DNA of 64,000 nt, taken from positions 4,354-68,353 of the forward strand of contig CANJBO010000006.1 in NCBI GenBank assembly GCA_947472995.1. The letters run 5' to 3'. The notes under the pieces were generated by a model. It had not been told where the DNA came from and ran no database searches. It saw only the letters and a program-made list of their open reading frames with translations. This stretch comes from Chloroflexota bacterium. GTDB lineage: Bacteria; Chloroflexota; Dehalococcoidia; UBA2979. This document shows, piece after piece, positions 9,715-18,752 of the stretch (position 1 is its first letter; each line of letters starts with the position of its first letter). The translations under genes were made by a program, and so were the position numbers.

Positions 9715-11058
9715 CTACTCGTCCACGTCCAGCGCGCCGAGGTCCTCGAACGTCTGGCGGCGGCGGATGAGGCGCGCGACGCCGTCCTCCACCATCACGA
9801 CGGCGGGGCGCAGCGCGAGGTTGTAGTTCGACTCCATCGCGACCTGGTACGCGCCGGCGGCCGGCATCGCCAGCAGCTCCCCCGCGCGCAGTCGAGGCAG
9901 CGCGATGTCCTTGATCAGGATGTCGCCGGACTCGCAGTACTTGCCGGCGATGGTGACGGTCTCCTCGGCGGGGGCGAGCGGGCGGTCGGGCAGGACGGCC
10001 TCGTACTTCGAGTCGTACAGCGCGACGCGGGGGTTGTCCGCCATGCCGCCGTCCACGCTGACATAGGTGCGGATGCCCGGCACCTCCTTGCGCGCGCCGA
10101 CCGTGTACACGGCCATGCCCGCGCGCGCGACGATGCTGCGCCCCGGCTCCAGCGAGATCCGAGGCAGCGCGAACCCGCGCGTGTCCGCCTCGCGCTGGAG
10201 GGTGGTGGCGATGACGTGGGCGTACTCGGCGTAGGCGGGGGCCTGCTGGTCGTCGCGGTAGGCGACGGCGAAGCCGCCGCCCGGCGAGAACTCCGGCACC
10301 TCGACGCCGATCTGCTTCCGCACGACCTCGTCGATGAACTCCGCCATCACCTCGATCGCCTGCCCGTACGGCTCCATCTCGAAGATCGGCGATCCGAGGT
10401 GCATGTGGATGCCGCGGAAGTCGAGGTGCGGCGCGGCGACGATCGCGCGGATGGCGCGCTCGGCGGCGCCCGTGACGATCGGCAGCCCGAACTTGCTGTC
10501 GAGGATGCCGGTGGTGGTCTTCTCGTGCGTGTGCCCGTCGATGCCGGGCGAGACGCGCACCAGCACGCGCTGGGTGACGCCCGCCTCGGCGGCGACGCGC
10601 TCCAGCAGCTCGATCTCCCACTCGCCGTCGATGACGATGCGGCCGACGCCGGAGGTCACGGCGTAGCGCAGCTCCTCGGGCGTCTTGTTGTTGCCGTGCA
10701 AGTACACCCGCCCCAGGTCCACCCCCGCCGAGGCGAGCGTGGCGATCTCCCCGCTGGAGACGGCATCGAACCCGAACCCCTCGGAGGCGATGAAGCGCGC
10801 GAACGGGCGGTTCAGGAACGCCTTGGAGGCGTAGAGCAGCTCGCTGTCCGGGTAGGCCGCCGTGAACGCCTCGCGGTACCCGCGCAGCTGGGCGCGCAGG
10901 GTGGCGGTGTCGTAGACGTAGAGGGGCGTCCCGAACTGGTCGGCCAGGTCGCGCAGATCACACCCGCCCACGGACAGCCGCCCGGCGGCGTTCACCTCGG
11001 CGGTCACAGGCAGGACGTGCGCCAGCGGCATCGCCGAGGCTCCAGGAGCAGTCGTCAC
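9715..11058 (-). CDS. lysA: Diaminopimelate decarboxylase
   Basis: FGTPLYVYD, YASKAF (PLP Lys), SKFG, EPGRSIV, GKYCESGD, GAY..MESNYN. Confidence 0.96.
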   Translation of the reverse strand: MTTAPGASAMPLAHVLPVTAEVNAAGRLSVGGCDLRDLADQFGTPLYVYDTATLRAQLRGYREAFTAAYPDSELLYASKAFLNRPFARFIASEGFGFDAVSSGEIATLASAGVDLGRVYLHGNNKTPEELRYAVTSGVGRIVIDGEWEIELLERVAAEAGVTQRVLVRVSPGIDGHTHEKTTTGILDSKFGLPIVTGAAERAIRAIVAAPHLDFRGIHMHLGSPIFEMEPYGQAIEVMAEFIDEVVRKQIGVEVPEFSPGGGFAVAYRDDQQAPAYAEYAHVIATTLQREADTRGFALPRISLEPGRSIVARAGMAVYTVGARKEVPGIRTYVSVDGGMADNPRVALYDSKYEAVLPDRPLAPAEETVTIAGKYCESGDILIKDIALPRLRAGELLAMPAAGAYQVAMESNYNLALRPAVVMVEDGVARLIRRRQTFEDLGALDVDE

Positions 11059-11194
11059 GTGTCACAACCCCGCGAGATGCGGGTGCGTCAGTCCTCGAGG
11101 ATCGCCGGGCCCCGCCGCGACGCACCAAGCGGCGCGAGGCGCGATCGGTGACCAGTATCGCATGGGGAGGGGAGAGGCGGAGGGGCCGGCTCGG

Positions 11195-12122
11195 TTAGCT
11201 CCGATGGATATCGGTCTGAAGGAACTCGATGACCGCTTGGTTGAATTCGATCATCGTGTCATTGGTGACGCCGTCGCGTTCTCCGCGATGCACTATGCGA
11301 TTGCGGAGGCGATATGCCTCCCTGAACGTCGTGAGCATGGTCGCGCGCCTCGTTGGAGAGACCGGAAGCAAGGAGAGGTAATCCTCAACATGCTCCATCT
11401 GGGTACGGGTAGCGTCCGACGCATGACCGAACCGCTCGGACGAGTAGCCGGAGTCGACCACAACTACAACCGCAAACCAGAGATTGACGAGTCGGATGGG
11501 AAGAGTGTCGCTAAGTACGCGCCTCCGCGAGCCACTCCAGCGCGAGTTCGTGCTTCGGCTCGAGCGAACCAAGTGCCATCTCAGCAGTTGCGTCGCGGCT
11601 CTTGATGAGGCCCGCGTCACTCACTCGTAGTTCGTATCGAGTGGCTCCAGCGCCTACCAATAGCGTCCCATCGAGGCGAATAATTGCTGGGCCTTCCCAT
11701 ACCAGCCGAGAACCGGTGAACAGATCCGTCCGAAGATGCATGTACCCGACGAGCGCTCGAACTCGATTTCGACCGATATCCCGCGCGCCAGACACTGTGG
11801 TGGCGTGTGTCTCCACTTGGACGGCCGCCAATGGTGCACCGCTCGCCCTCAGTGGCTCTTTGGCTCCAGCTAAAACGGGAGCATCAAAACTCTCGGGGAA
11901 CCCGATCATCCAGTCCTTGCCACCCCAACCGGGATTGGGCGCAGGACCTGGTTGAGCCAGTTCGTAGACACCAATCCACACGATCGGCGAACCATCAGCG
12001 AAATCAGGGAATGCCGCGTCCAAATCGGTTCTCGCAAGGGCGTCAGCTCCGACCCCATCGAATGGAATTTCCGTTCGAGTTGCCGTTTGTCGCTCGCGAT
12101 CGGCTTGGTCACCGTTGGTCAA
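11195..12122 (-). pseudogene. Frameshifted HEPN (Apea-like) domain protein, lower-GC insert
   Basis: ORF 12122-11511 (TTG start, GAGGAGG RBS) ends ...LALEWLAEART*; the adjacent frame continues LSDTLPIRLVNLWFAV...YRLRNRIVHRG (Rx4H) to 11195; base composition visibly less GC-rich than the flanks. Confidence 0.6.
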
Positions 12123-12191
12123 AGGCAGGCCTCCTCGCAGATATTACCCGCGCGGAGAGTTGCCCTGTTTCGAATTCGCCTCGTTCATCCC

Positions 12192-13607
12192 TCACCCACA
12201 CCCGCTTTGCCCCACGAGCAGGTGCCCGCCGTCCGCGAGCCAGCGGAGCGTGATCGCGCCGCACGAGGTGCTGGCCGCGACGATCGAGGTGGTGCGGGCG
12301 GTCGAGGGGTCGAGGGTGTGGACGGTGGCGAGGCCACCGTCGTAGGTGGCGTAGGCGAGGCGGGTGGCGTCGGGGGACCAGGCGGGGGATGCGCCGCCGG
12401 GGACGCAGAGCTCGCCGCTCGCAGCGCCGTTCGAGGCGCGCGCGGCGGGGTGGATGACGAGCATGCCGGCGCAGCCGTGCCTCGGCGGGGTGCGCAGCGT
12501 GGCGAGCGTGGCGGCGAGCGCGACGACCGGCTCGTCGCCGGCGAGTGACAGCGCGTCGTCGGGGCCGGCCGGGAGGTCCCAGCGGCGCACCTCGTGCCCG
12601 TCGAGCGCGCTGACGACGCGCGTCGAGGCGCCGTCGCTCGCGAAGACGGCGCGCCCACCGTCCACGAAGCGCGCGTATCCTCGAGGCCCCGCGAGCACGA
12701 CGGGCGCGCCCCCGGTCGGGTCGACGAGCCGCACGCCGCGATCCTCGACGAGCAGGAGATCGCGCACGCCCCACGGGGCACCGCCGCGCAGCACGCTGCC
12801 GACCGTGCGCACCACGTTGGTGGTGGTGTCGTAGACCCACGCGGTGGACTGGCCGGCCGGGCCGGCCTCGTACAGCAGGAAGCGCCCGCTCGGCGACCAC
12901 GTCACCGGCGAGGGCGCCGGGCCGCAGCGGCACAGCGCGAAGTGCTGCGGCACCACGGTCTCCGCCCCCGTCACGACATCGCGCACGACGATCCGTCGAG
13001 GCGCGGGCGCGGGGTCCTCGGGCAGGTCGATGGCGACGCGGCGGCTGTCGGGCGCGAACGCGACGTTCGTCCACGGCGGCAGCACGCGGTCCACGACGCC
13101 GCCGACGCTGAGCACGGTCTCGCCGGAGATGCGGCGCAGCAGGCGGATGCGGCCGTCGGGCGACTCCTCGACGCGGGCGAGCGTGCCGGCGATCGAGGTC
13201 TCCCGCGCGACATGCTCGACGACGCGCCCGTCGGCTGCGCGGCGGTCGACGCCATCGCCGGCGGGGATCCAGAGCGTCGCCCCATCGCGCGCGACCGTCG
13301 CCGCGTAGCGCACGCCACCCGCATCGACGCTCGGCACGGTGACGACCGCGCACGTCGCGACGTCGATGACCAGCGTCGCGCGGCCCACGTCGGCGCGCGT
13401 CGCCGCGCACGGCGGCGTCGAGGATGCCGCGACGATCTCGGGCGGCCTCGACGGCACGCCCGCGGCGGCGGTCGCCGTCGCGGGCGCGGTGCCGCGCGGC
13501 GGGGTGGCGCGAGGGGCGGTCTCGCGCGTGCACGCGACGAGCGCGCTCGCGAGGAGCGCGGCGATGAGCACGATGCTGCGCGCGCGGACGTTGGGCATCC
13601 TCGACAC
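12192..13607 (-). CDS. Putative lipoprotein with TolB/WD40-like beta-propeller
   Basis: Signal peptide with lipobox ALVAC; AFAPDSRRV, WSPSGRFL, PAWSPDATRLAY repeats. Confidence 0.7.
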   Translation of the reverse strand: MSRMPNVRARSIVLIAALLASALVACTRETAPRATPPRGTAPATATAAAGVPSRPPEIVAASSTPPCAATRADVGRATLVIDVATCAVVTVPSVDAGGVRYAATVARDGATLWIPAGDGVDRRAADGRVVEHVARETSIAGTLARVEESPDGRIRLLRRISGETVLSVGGVVDRVLPPWTNVAFAPDSRRVAIDLPEDPAPAPRRIVVRDVVTGAETVVPQHFALCRCGPAPSPVTWSPSGRFLLYEAGPAGQSTAWVYDTTTNVVRTVGSVLRGGAPWGVRDLLLVEDRGVRLVDPTGGAPVVLAGPRGYARFVDGGRAVFASDGASTRVVSALDGHEVRRWDLPAGPDDALSLAGDEPVVALAATLATLRTPPRHGCAGMLVIHPAARASNGAASGELCVPGGASPAWSPDATRLAYATYDGGLATVHTLDPSTARTTSIVAASTSCGAITLRWLADGGHLLVGQSGCG

Positions 13608-13618
13608 CTCGTTCCGGA

Positions 13619-13713
13619 GGCCCTCACCCTGCCCTCTCCCATGAATGGGAGAGGGTTCTGAGTCTGCACCCGGCCCCCTCGCCCATGTATGGGAGAGGGC
13701 TGGGGTGAGGGCC
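13619..13713. repeat. Family A inverted doublet (REPIN-like)
   Basis: GGCCCTCACCC...GGGAGAGGG-TTCTGA...GGGAGAGGG..GGGTGAGGGCC. Confidence 0.85.
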
Positions 13714-13772
13714 TCTGCCGCCGAAGATACGGACGCTTTCGATCCGCCACGTTACTGACCTACGCTCACCGC

Positions 13773-14738
13773 ATGTCTCCCGTATCCGCGCCCCGATCCA
13801 CGAAGGCCGCGCCCCCGACCGACCTCGGCCTCACGCCGGGGCGCATGCGCACGATCCGCTCGCGCCTCCTCGAGTGGCACGAGGCGCACCAGCAGCCGTT
13901 CCCGTGGCGCACGGCGCGCGACCCGTACTCCGCGCTGGTGGCGGCGGTCGCCGCGCAGCAGACCCAGATGGCGCGCGTCATCGAGATCCACGAGCGGTGG
14001 ATGCGCGCGTTCCCCACGCTGGGCGACCTCGCCCGCGCCGACCGCGCCGACGTGCTCCGGGTGTGGGGGCGCGCGGGCTACCCGCGCCGCGCGGTCGCGC
14101 TGCACGAGACGGCCCTGCGCTGCATGAGCGAACACGACGGCGCGCTGCCTCGCGACCCGGTCGCGCTGCTTGCGCTGCCGGGCGTCGGGCCGTTCACGGC
14201 GGCGATCGTGCGCACCTTCGGCTGGGACGACGACGCCCCCGCCGTGGACACCAACGTCGTGCGCGTCCTCGGCCGGTTGGTCTGCGGCGACCTGCAGCCG
14301 GCGCGCGAGACCTCGCCCGCGGCGATCGAGGCGATCGCGGCGCGGCTGTTCCCGCCCGGCGACGGCGCGCGCTGGAACCCCGCGCTGATGGACTACGGCG
14401 GGCGGGTCTGTCTGCCTCGACCGAAGTGCGACGAGTGCGTGGTCGCGTCGCTGTGCGCGGCGCGTCCGCGCTTTGCCGCTGGCGAGGTCGCCGAGCCGGT
14501 GCGCGCACAGGGGCGCTGGGCCGGCTCCGACCGCGAGGGCCGCGGCCGCATCATGCACGCGCTGCGCACGTCGAACGACGCCGAGGTGCGCGAGACGACG
14601 CTGCTGCGCCGCCTCGACGGCGGCGACGCCGAGGAGCGCGCGCGGCTGCGCCGGCTGCTCGGCACGCTCGTCGCCGACGGCCTCGCGTGGCGCGCGGGCG
14701 GTCGCTGCGGGCTGGGGACGGCGCGGGCAACGGAGTAG
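13773..14738 (+). CDS. MutY-like HhH-GPD DNA glycosylase (short form, atypical active site)
   Basis: FPWR..DPY..QQTQ, GYPRRA, LPGVGPFTA, AVDTNVVRV, MDYG..C-x5-C-x2-C-x5-C Fe-S motif. Confidence 0.85.
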   Translation: MSPVSAPRSTKAAPPTDLGLTPGRMRTIRSRLLEWHEAHQQPFPWRTARDPYSALVAAVAAQQTQMARVIEIHERWMRAFPTLGDLARADRADVLRVWGRAGYPRRAVALHETALRCMSEHDGALPRDPVALLALPGVGPFTAAIVRTFGWDDDAPAVDTNVVRVLGRLVCGDLQPARETSPAAIEAIAARLFPPGDGARWNPALMDYGGRVCLPRPKCDECVVASLCAARPRFAAGEVAEPVRAQGRWAGSDREGRGRIMHALRTSNDAEVRETTLLRRLDGGDAEERARLRRLLGTLVADGLAWRAGGRCGLGTARATE

Positions 14739-14762
14739 GCTTGCACCGCAAGGCACCACCGC

Positions 14763-14800
14763 GGGCGGCCCCCTTGCCCCTCCCGGCGCGGGAGGGGTTC
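14763..14800 (+). repeat. REP-like family B single unit (GGGCGGCCCAYCCCTGCCCCTYCC..CGCGGGARGGG)
   Basis: Matches the 48275 and 58181 left arms. Confidence 0.75.
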
Positions 14801-14839
14801 TCAGAAGAGCGCGCTCAGCACGCTCCGGGAGTGACGAAC

Positions 14840-15487
14840 ATGAGCGAGATCGTCTACGACGCAACGCCGTACCTCGTCGAGGTCGTGGCGAACATCGGCT
14901 CGTACGGCAACAACGCGTACATCCTCAGCGGCGCGGACCGCGACCGCGTCACGATCGTCGATGCGCCCGAGGGCGCCGAGGCGATCATCGACGCCGTCGG
15001 CGCGCGGACGATCGAGCGCATCGTCGTGACGCACGCCCACTTCGACCACTGGCTCGGCTTCGACGTGCTGCGCGCCGCGACCGACGCCCCGGTCCACGCC
15101 GGCGCCGACGAGGACGGCCTCGACGTCACGCGCGGCGCGCTGCCGCTCGTCCACGGCGACACGATCAGCGTCGGCGGCACGGACGCAACGGTGGTGCACA
15201 CCCCGGGACACACGCCGGGCTCGATCTGCATCCGCTTCGGTGACGTCGTGCTGACCGGCGACACGCTGTTCCCCGGCGGCCCCGGCCGCACGCGCGATCA
15301 TGCCGCGCTGCTCCAGGAGATCGAGTCGATCACCTCGAGGCTGCTCACGCTCCCGCCCTCGACGCTCGTCCTGCCCGGCCACGGCCCGACGACCACGATC
15401 GCCCGCTCCGTCGAGGAGCACGCCGCGTTCGCGCGCAGGCCGCACGACCCCGATCTGCACGGCGACGTGCTGTGGCTGGAGTCGTAG
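14840..15487 (+). CDS. MBL-fold metallo-hydrolase (glyoxalase II-like)
   Basis: THAHFDH, HTPGHTPGS, TGDTLF, PGHG. Confidence 0.9.
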   Translation: MSEIVYDATPYLVEVVANIGSYGNNAYILSGADRDRVTIVDAPEGAEAIIDAVGARTIERIVVTHAHFDHWLGFDVLRAATDAPVHAGADEDGLDVTRGALPLVHGDTISVGGTDATVVHTPGHTPGSICIRFGDVVLTGDTLFPGGPGRTRDHAALLQEIESITSRLLTLPPSTLVLPGHGPTTTIARSVEEHAAFARRPHDPDLHGDVLWLES

Positions 15488-15568
15488 CCACCGCCGCGAC
15501 CGCGTTTGAATCCCGGATAGCCGAGGACTACGATCCCTCGAATATCCCGCAATCACCATTGGAGACCC

Positions 15569-16864
15569 GTGGCGACGACTGACGCCCCTGCCCTTGCGCC
15601 GGTCGCGCACACCCTGAGCAACGGCCTGCGCCTCCTGGTGACGCCGATGCCCTACGCGCGATCCGTCTCCATCTCCGTCTACTTCGCCGCGGGCTCGCGG
15701 TACGAGCCCGCCGAGGCCGACGCGGGGCTGTCGCACTTCCTGGAGCACCTGTGCTTCAAGGGGACGACGCGGCGGCCGAAGCCCCTCGACATCTCGATGG
15801 AGCTGGACGCGACGGGCGGCAACATCAACGCCGCCACGCACCGCGAGCTGACGGTCTACTACGCGAAGGTCACGCCGGAGCACCTGGAGCAGGCGACCGA
15901 CGTGATGGCGGACATGCTCCGCAACTCGCTGCTCGCCGACTCCGAGATCGAGCGCGAGCGCGGCGTGATCCTCGAGGAGCTCGCCGCCGTCGAGGACTCC
16001 CCGACGGAGCAGGTGAGCGTGCTGCTCGACGGGCAGCTGTGGCCGGGCCAGCCGCACGGCCGCGACGTCGCGGGCACGGAACAGTCCGTCACCGAGCTGC
16101 CGAACGCGCGCATCGTCGACTACTACCACCGCCAGTACGTGCCCAACGCGACGGTCGTCTCGCTCGCGGGCGCGATCACCGTCGAGGCGGGCCTCGACCT
16201 GATCCGCCGGCACTTCGACGACTGGGCGCCGGGCACGCCGCTCGACTGGGTGCGCAGCGTGGACGCGCCGCGCGGGCCGCGTCTCGCGCTGCTGGAGAAG
16301 GACACGGAGCAGGCGCACGTCGCGTTCGGCATGCGTGCGCTGTCCTCCGGCGACGAGGACCGCTACGCGCTCGACCTGTACTCGGTGATCCTCGGCGAGG
16401 GCATGTCGTCACGGCTGTTCTCGCGGCTGCGCGAGGAACTCGGGCTCTGCTACGACATCCACTCGTACATGTCGACGCTGCTCGACACGGGGATGTTCGG
16501 CGTCTACGCCGGCGTCGATCCCGACAACACCACGGAAACCGTGCGCGAGATCTCGCGCGAGCTGGCGCGGTCGCTGACGACGATCGGCGACGACGAGCTG
16601 GCACGCGCGAAGGCCGTGTCGCGCTCGCGCACGCAGCTGCGGCTGGAGGACACGCGCTCCGTCGCCGCGATGTACGGATCGCTCGCGATCCTCGGCCTGC
16701 CGATGCGCACGCCGGAGGAGGCGCTGGCGCGATCGCAGGCGGTGACGGTCGAGGACGTGCAGCGCGTCGCCGAGCGCGTGATCACCGAGGACGCGCTGCA
16801 GCTGGCGATCGTCGGGCCGGTCGACGGCGATCCCCTCGACGCCGCGCTCTCGCTCGGCGCATGA
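15569..16864 (+). CDS. M16 family zinc peptidase
   Basis: LSNGLR, inverted zinc motif HFLEH, GMSSRLF..LREELGLCY. Confidence 0.92.
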   Translation: MATTDAPALAPVAHTLSNGLRLLVTPMPYARSVSISVYFAAGSRYEPAEADAGLSHFLEHLCFKGTTRRPKPLDISMELDATGGNINAATHRELTVYYAKVTPEHLEQATDVMADMLRNSLLADSEIERERGVILEELAAVEDSPTEQVSVLLDGQLWPGQPHGRDVAGTEQSVTELPNARIVDYYHRQYVPNATVVSLAGAITVEAGLDLIRRHFDDWAPGTPLDWVRSVDAPRGPRLALLEKDTEQAHVAFGMRALSSGDEDRYALDLYSVILGEGMSSRLFSRLREELGLCYDIHSYMSTLLDTGMFGVYAGVDPDNTTETVREISRELARSLTTIGDDELARAKAVSRSRTQLRLEDTRSVAAMYGSLAILGLPMRTPEEALARSQAVTVEDVQRVAERVITEDALQLAIVGPVDGDPLDAALSLGA

Positions 16865-17325
16865 ACCCGCGCTTCGACGTTCCGGGGTTCTACGCCGGAG
16901 AGGCCGCGTCGCCGCGCGATCCCGAGCGCCTGATCATCGTCCCCCGTCGCGTCGAGGACGGCCGCTTCCTCTTCGCGCGCTGGGGCGACTGGCCGCACCC
17001 GACGATGCTCTCCACGCTCGTCCCGTCCGAGGACGAAGGGCTCGCGGACGGCATCGAGTCGCTGCTCTACGCGCGGATGCGCGTGCGCGTCGCCGGCACG
17101 CCTCGACCGGCCGAGGAGCGCGTGACGGTGCGCATGCCGCACCCCCGCGGCGGTGGCCCGATGCTCGGCTGGCTGCGCCCCGTCGCCGTCGAGGTCTCCG
17201 GCGACCCCACCGCCGACGCGCTGCTCGAGGGCGTCGACGCGCTGACGCGACAGGAGGCGCTCGCCGGCCTCGCGACGGACGTGGAGCGCGCAGCGTTCCG
17301 CGCGGGCGCCGACGCGTTCGCGTAG
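16861..17325 (+). CDS. Hypothetical protein, possibly a degenerate NUDIX fold
   Basis: ATGA overlap with the M16 gene stop; GC3-biased codons. Confidence 0.6.
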   Translation: MNPRFDVPGFYAGEAASPRDPERLIIVPRRVEDGRFLFARWGDWPHPTMLSTLVPSEDEGLADGIESLLYARMRVRVAGTPRPAEERVTVRMPHPRGGGPMLGWLRPVAVEVSGDPTADALLEGVDALTRQEALAGLATDVERAAFRAGADAFA

Positions 17326-17348
17326 CCACACCCGACGACGTCCGCCGC

Positions 17349-17437
17349 CCCCATCCCAGCCCTCCCCCGCGAGGGGGAGGGGGCCGGAAGCAGATCAGAA
17401 CCCTCTCCCCGTTTGGGGAGAGGGCAGGGTGAGGGCC
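17349..17437. repeat. Family A inverted doublet
   Basis: Same architecture, opposite orientation. Confidence 0.85.
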
Positions 17438-17468
17438 TCGGCCTGCTGCCTCCGCTACACTCCCCCGC

Positions 17469-18239
17469 ATGACAACCACCGACACCACCCCCTCCAACTT
17501 CGCCTGGGGCGCCGAGGCGTCCGCCGAGACCGGCGTGCGCGAGCGCGACTTCACCGTGACCGTGGACGGCGAGGCGATCCCCGGCGTGCTGTGGAGCCCG
17601 GAGGGCGCGACCGGCCCGTTGCCGCTGGTGCTGATGGGCCACGGCGGCCAGTCCAACAAGCGCGCCGACCGCATGCAGTCGATCGGCCGGCGGCTCGCGC
17701 GGCGGCAGGGGTTCATGGCCGCCTCGATCGATCAGATCGAGCACGGCGACCGCGGGACGATCACCCTCGACGATGACACCGACTACCGCGCGATGTGGAA
17801 GCGCGACGGGCTGATGGCCGCCTCGACGCGCGGGTGGCGCGGGGTCGCCGCGGCGCTCACCGCGCTGCCCGAGGTCGACGCGGACCGCCTCGGCTACTGG
17901 GGCCTGTCGATGGGGACGATGTTCGGCATGGCGTTCGTCGCAGAGGAGCCGCTGATCCGCGCGGCGGTCCTCGGCCTCGCGAGCCTGACCGGGCCGAGCG
18001 TGGACCGCAGCGGCATCCGCCCGACGTTCGAGGCGTACGCGCCGCAGGTGACGTGCCCCGTGATGTGGGTCGTGCAGTGGGACGACGAGCGCTTCGACCT
18101 CGACGGCTCGATCGAGCTGTACAAGCTGCTGGGCAGCAAGAACAAGCGCCTGATCGCGTTCCCCGGCCTCCACGCCGAGGCCCCCGACGAATCGACCGCC
18201 CTCACCCGCGAGTTCCTCGGCCGCGAGCTGACGCGGTAG
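17469..18239 (+). CDS. Alpha/beta hydrolase (dienelactone hydrolase-like)
   Basis: LVLMGHGG, GYWGLSMG nucleophile elbow, QWDDE, FPGLH. Confidence 0.85.
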   Translation: MTTTDTTPSNFAWGAEASAETGVRERDFTVTVDGEAIPGVLWSPEGATGPLPLVLMGHGGQSNKRADRMQSIGRRLARRQGFMAASIDQIEHGDRGTITLDDDTDYRAMWKRDGLMAASTRGWRGVAAALTALPEVDADRLGYWGLSMGTMFGMAFVAEEPLIRAAVLGLASLTGPSVDRSGIRPTFEAYAPQVTCPVMWVVQWDDERFDLDGSIELYKLLGSKNKRLIAFPGLHAEAPDESTALTREFLGRELTR

Positions 18240-18274
18240 GCGAGCCTCCTGTGCGCCGACCTCGACGCAAGTAG

Positions 18275-18700
18275 CGATCGAGGCACCACGTTGGCGGCCC
18301 ATCCCCTGCCCCTTCCCTGCGCGGGAAGAGGTTGTTTCTGATGGGGTTGCACCCCATCAGGGCGTTGCCCCGCTTGAGTGAACAGGCCCGGTCATCGCCC
18401 CTTGCAGCATCGAGAGCGACATCAGCGTCGCGAGCTCCGCCGGTGTCACGACGCGCGAGGCGATGCAATGAGTTGTGTTCGTGCGCGACTGCCGCGCGTA
18501 GCCCTCGGTCGAGATCGGTCAGGACGCGCGAGACGAGTGCGTCGCGATCACGCCGACGAACGTGCGTCGGGATCGGCGACGCCACACAAGTTCGTTGGTC
18601 TGCATCATGGATGTTTGAAGGACGAAGTCCTTCAATGTTCATCCCCTTCCCGCGCAGGGAAGGGGCAGGGGATGGGCCGCCCCACGTGGTGCCTCGATCG
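18275..18700. mobile_element. Family B MITE/REPIN-like element with ~57-bp terminal inverted repeats
   Basis: Arms 18275-18331 and 18643-18700 are near-perfect reverse complements; non-coding interior. Confidence 0.7.
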
Positions 18701-18752
18701 GAACTGGCTGCAGCGACGCCACTCAGGACGCACTCGCACCGCCGCCTCACGA

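Noticed and set aside
18332-18642. Possible gene or transposase remnant inside the family B element
   Set aside because: No credible ORF, motif or codon bias in any frame I examined
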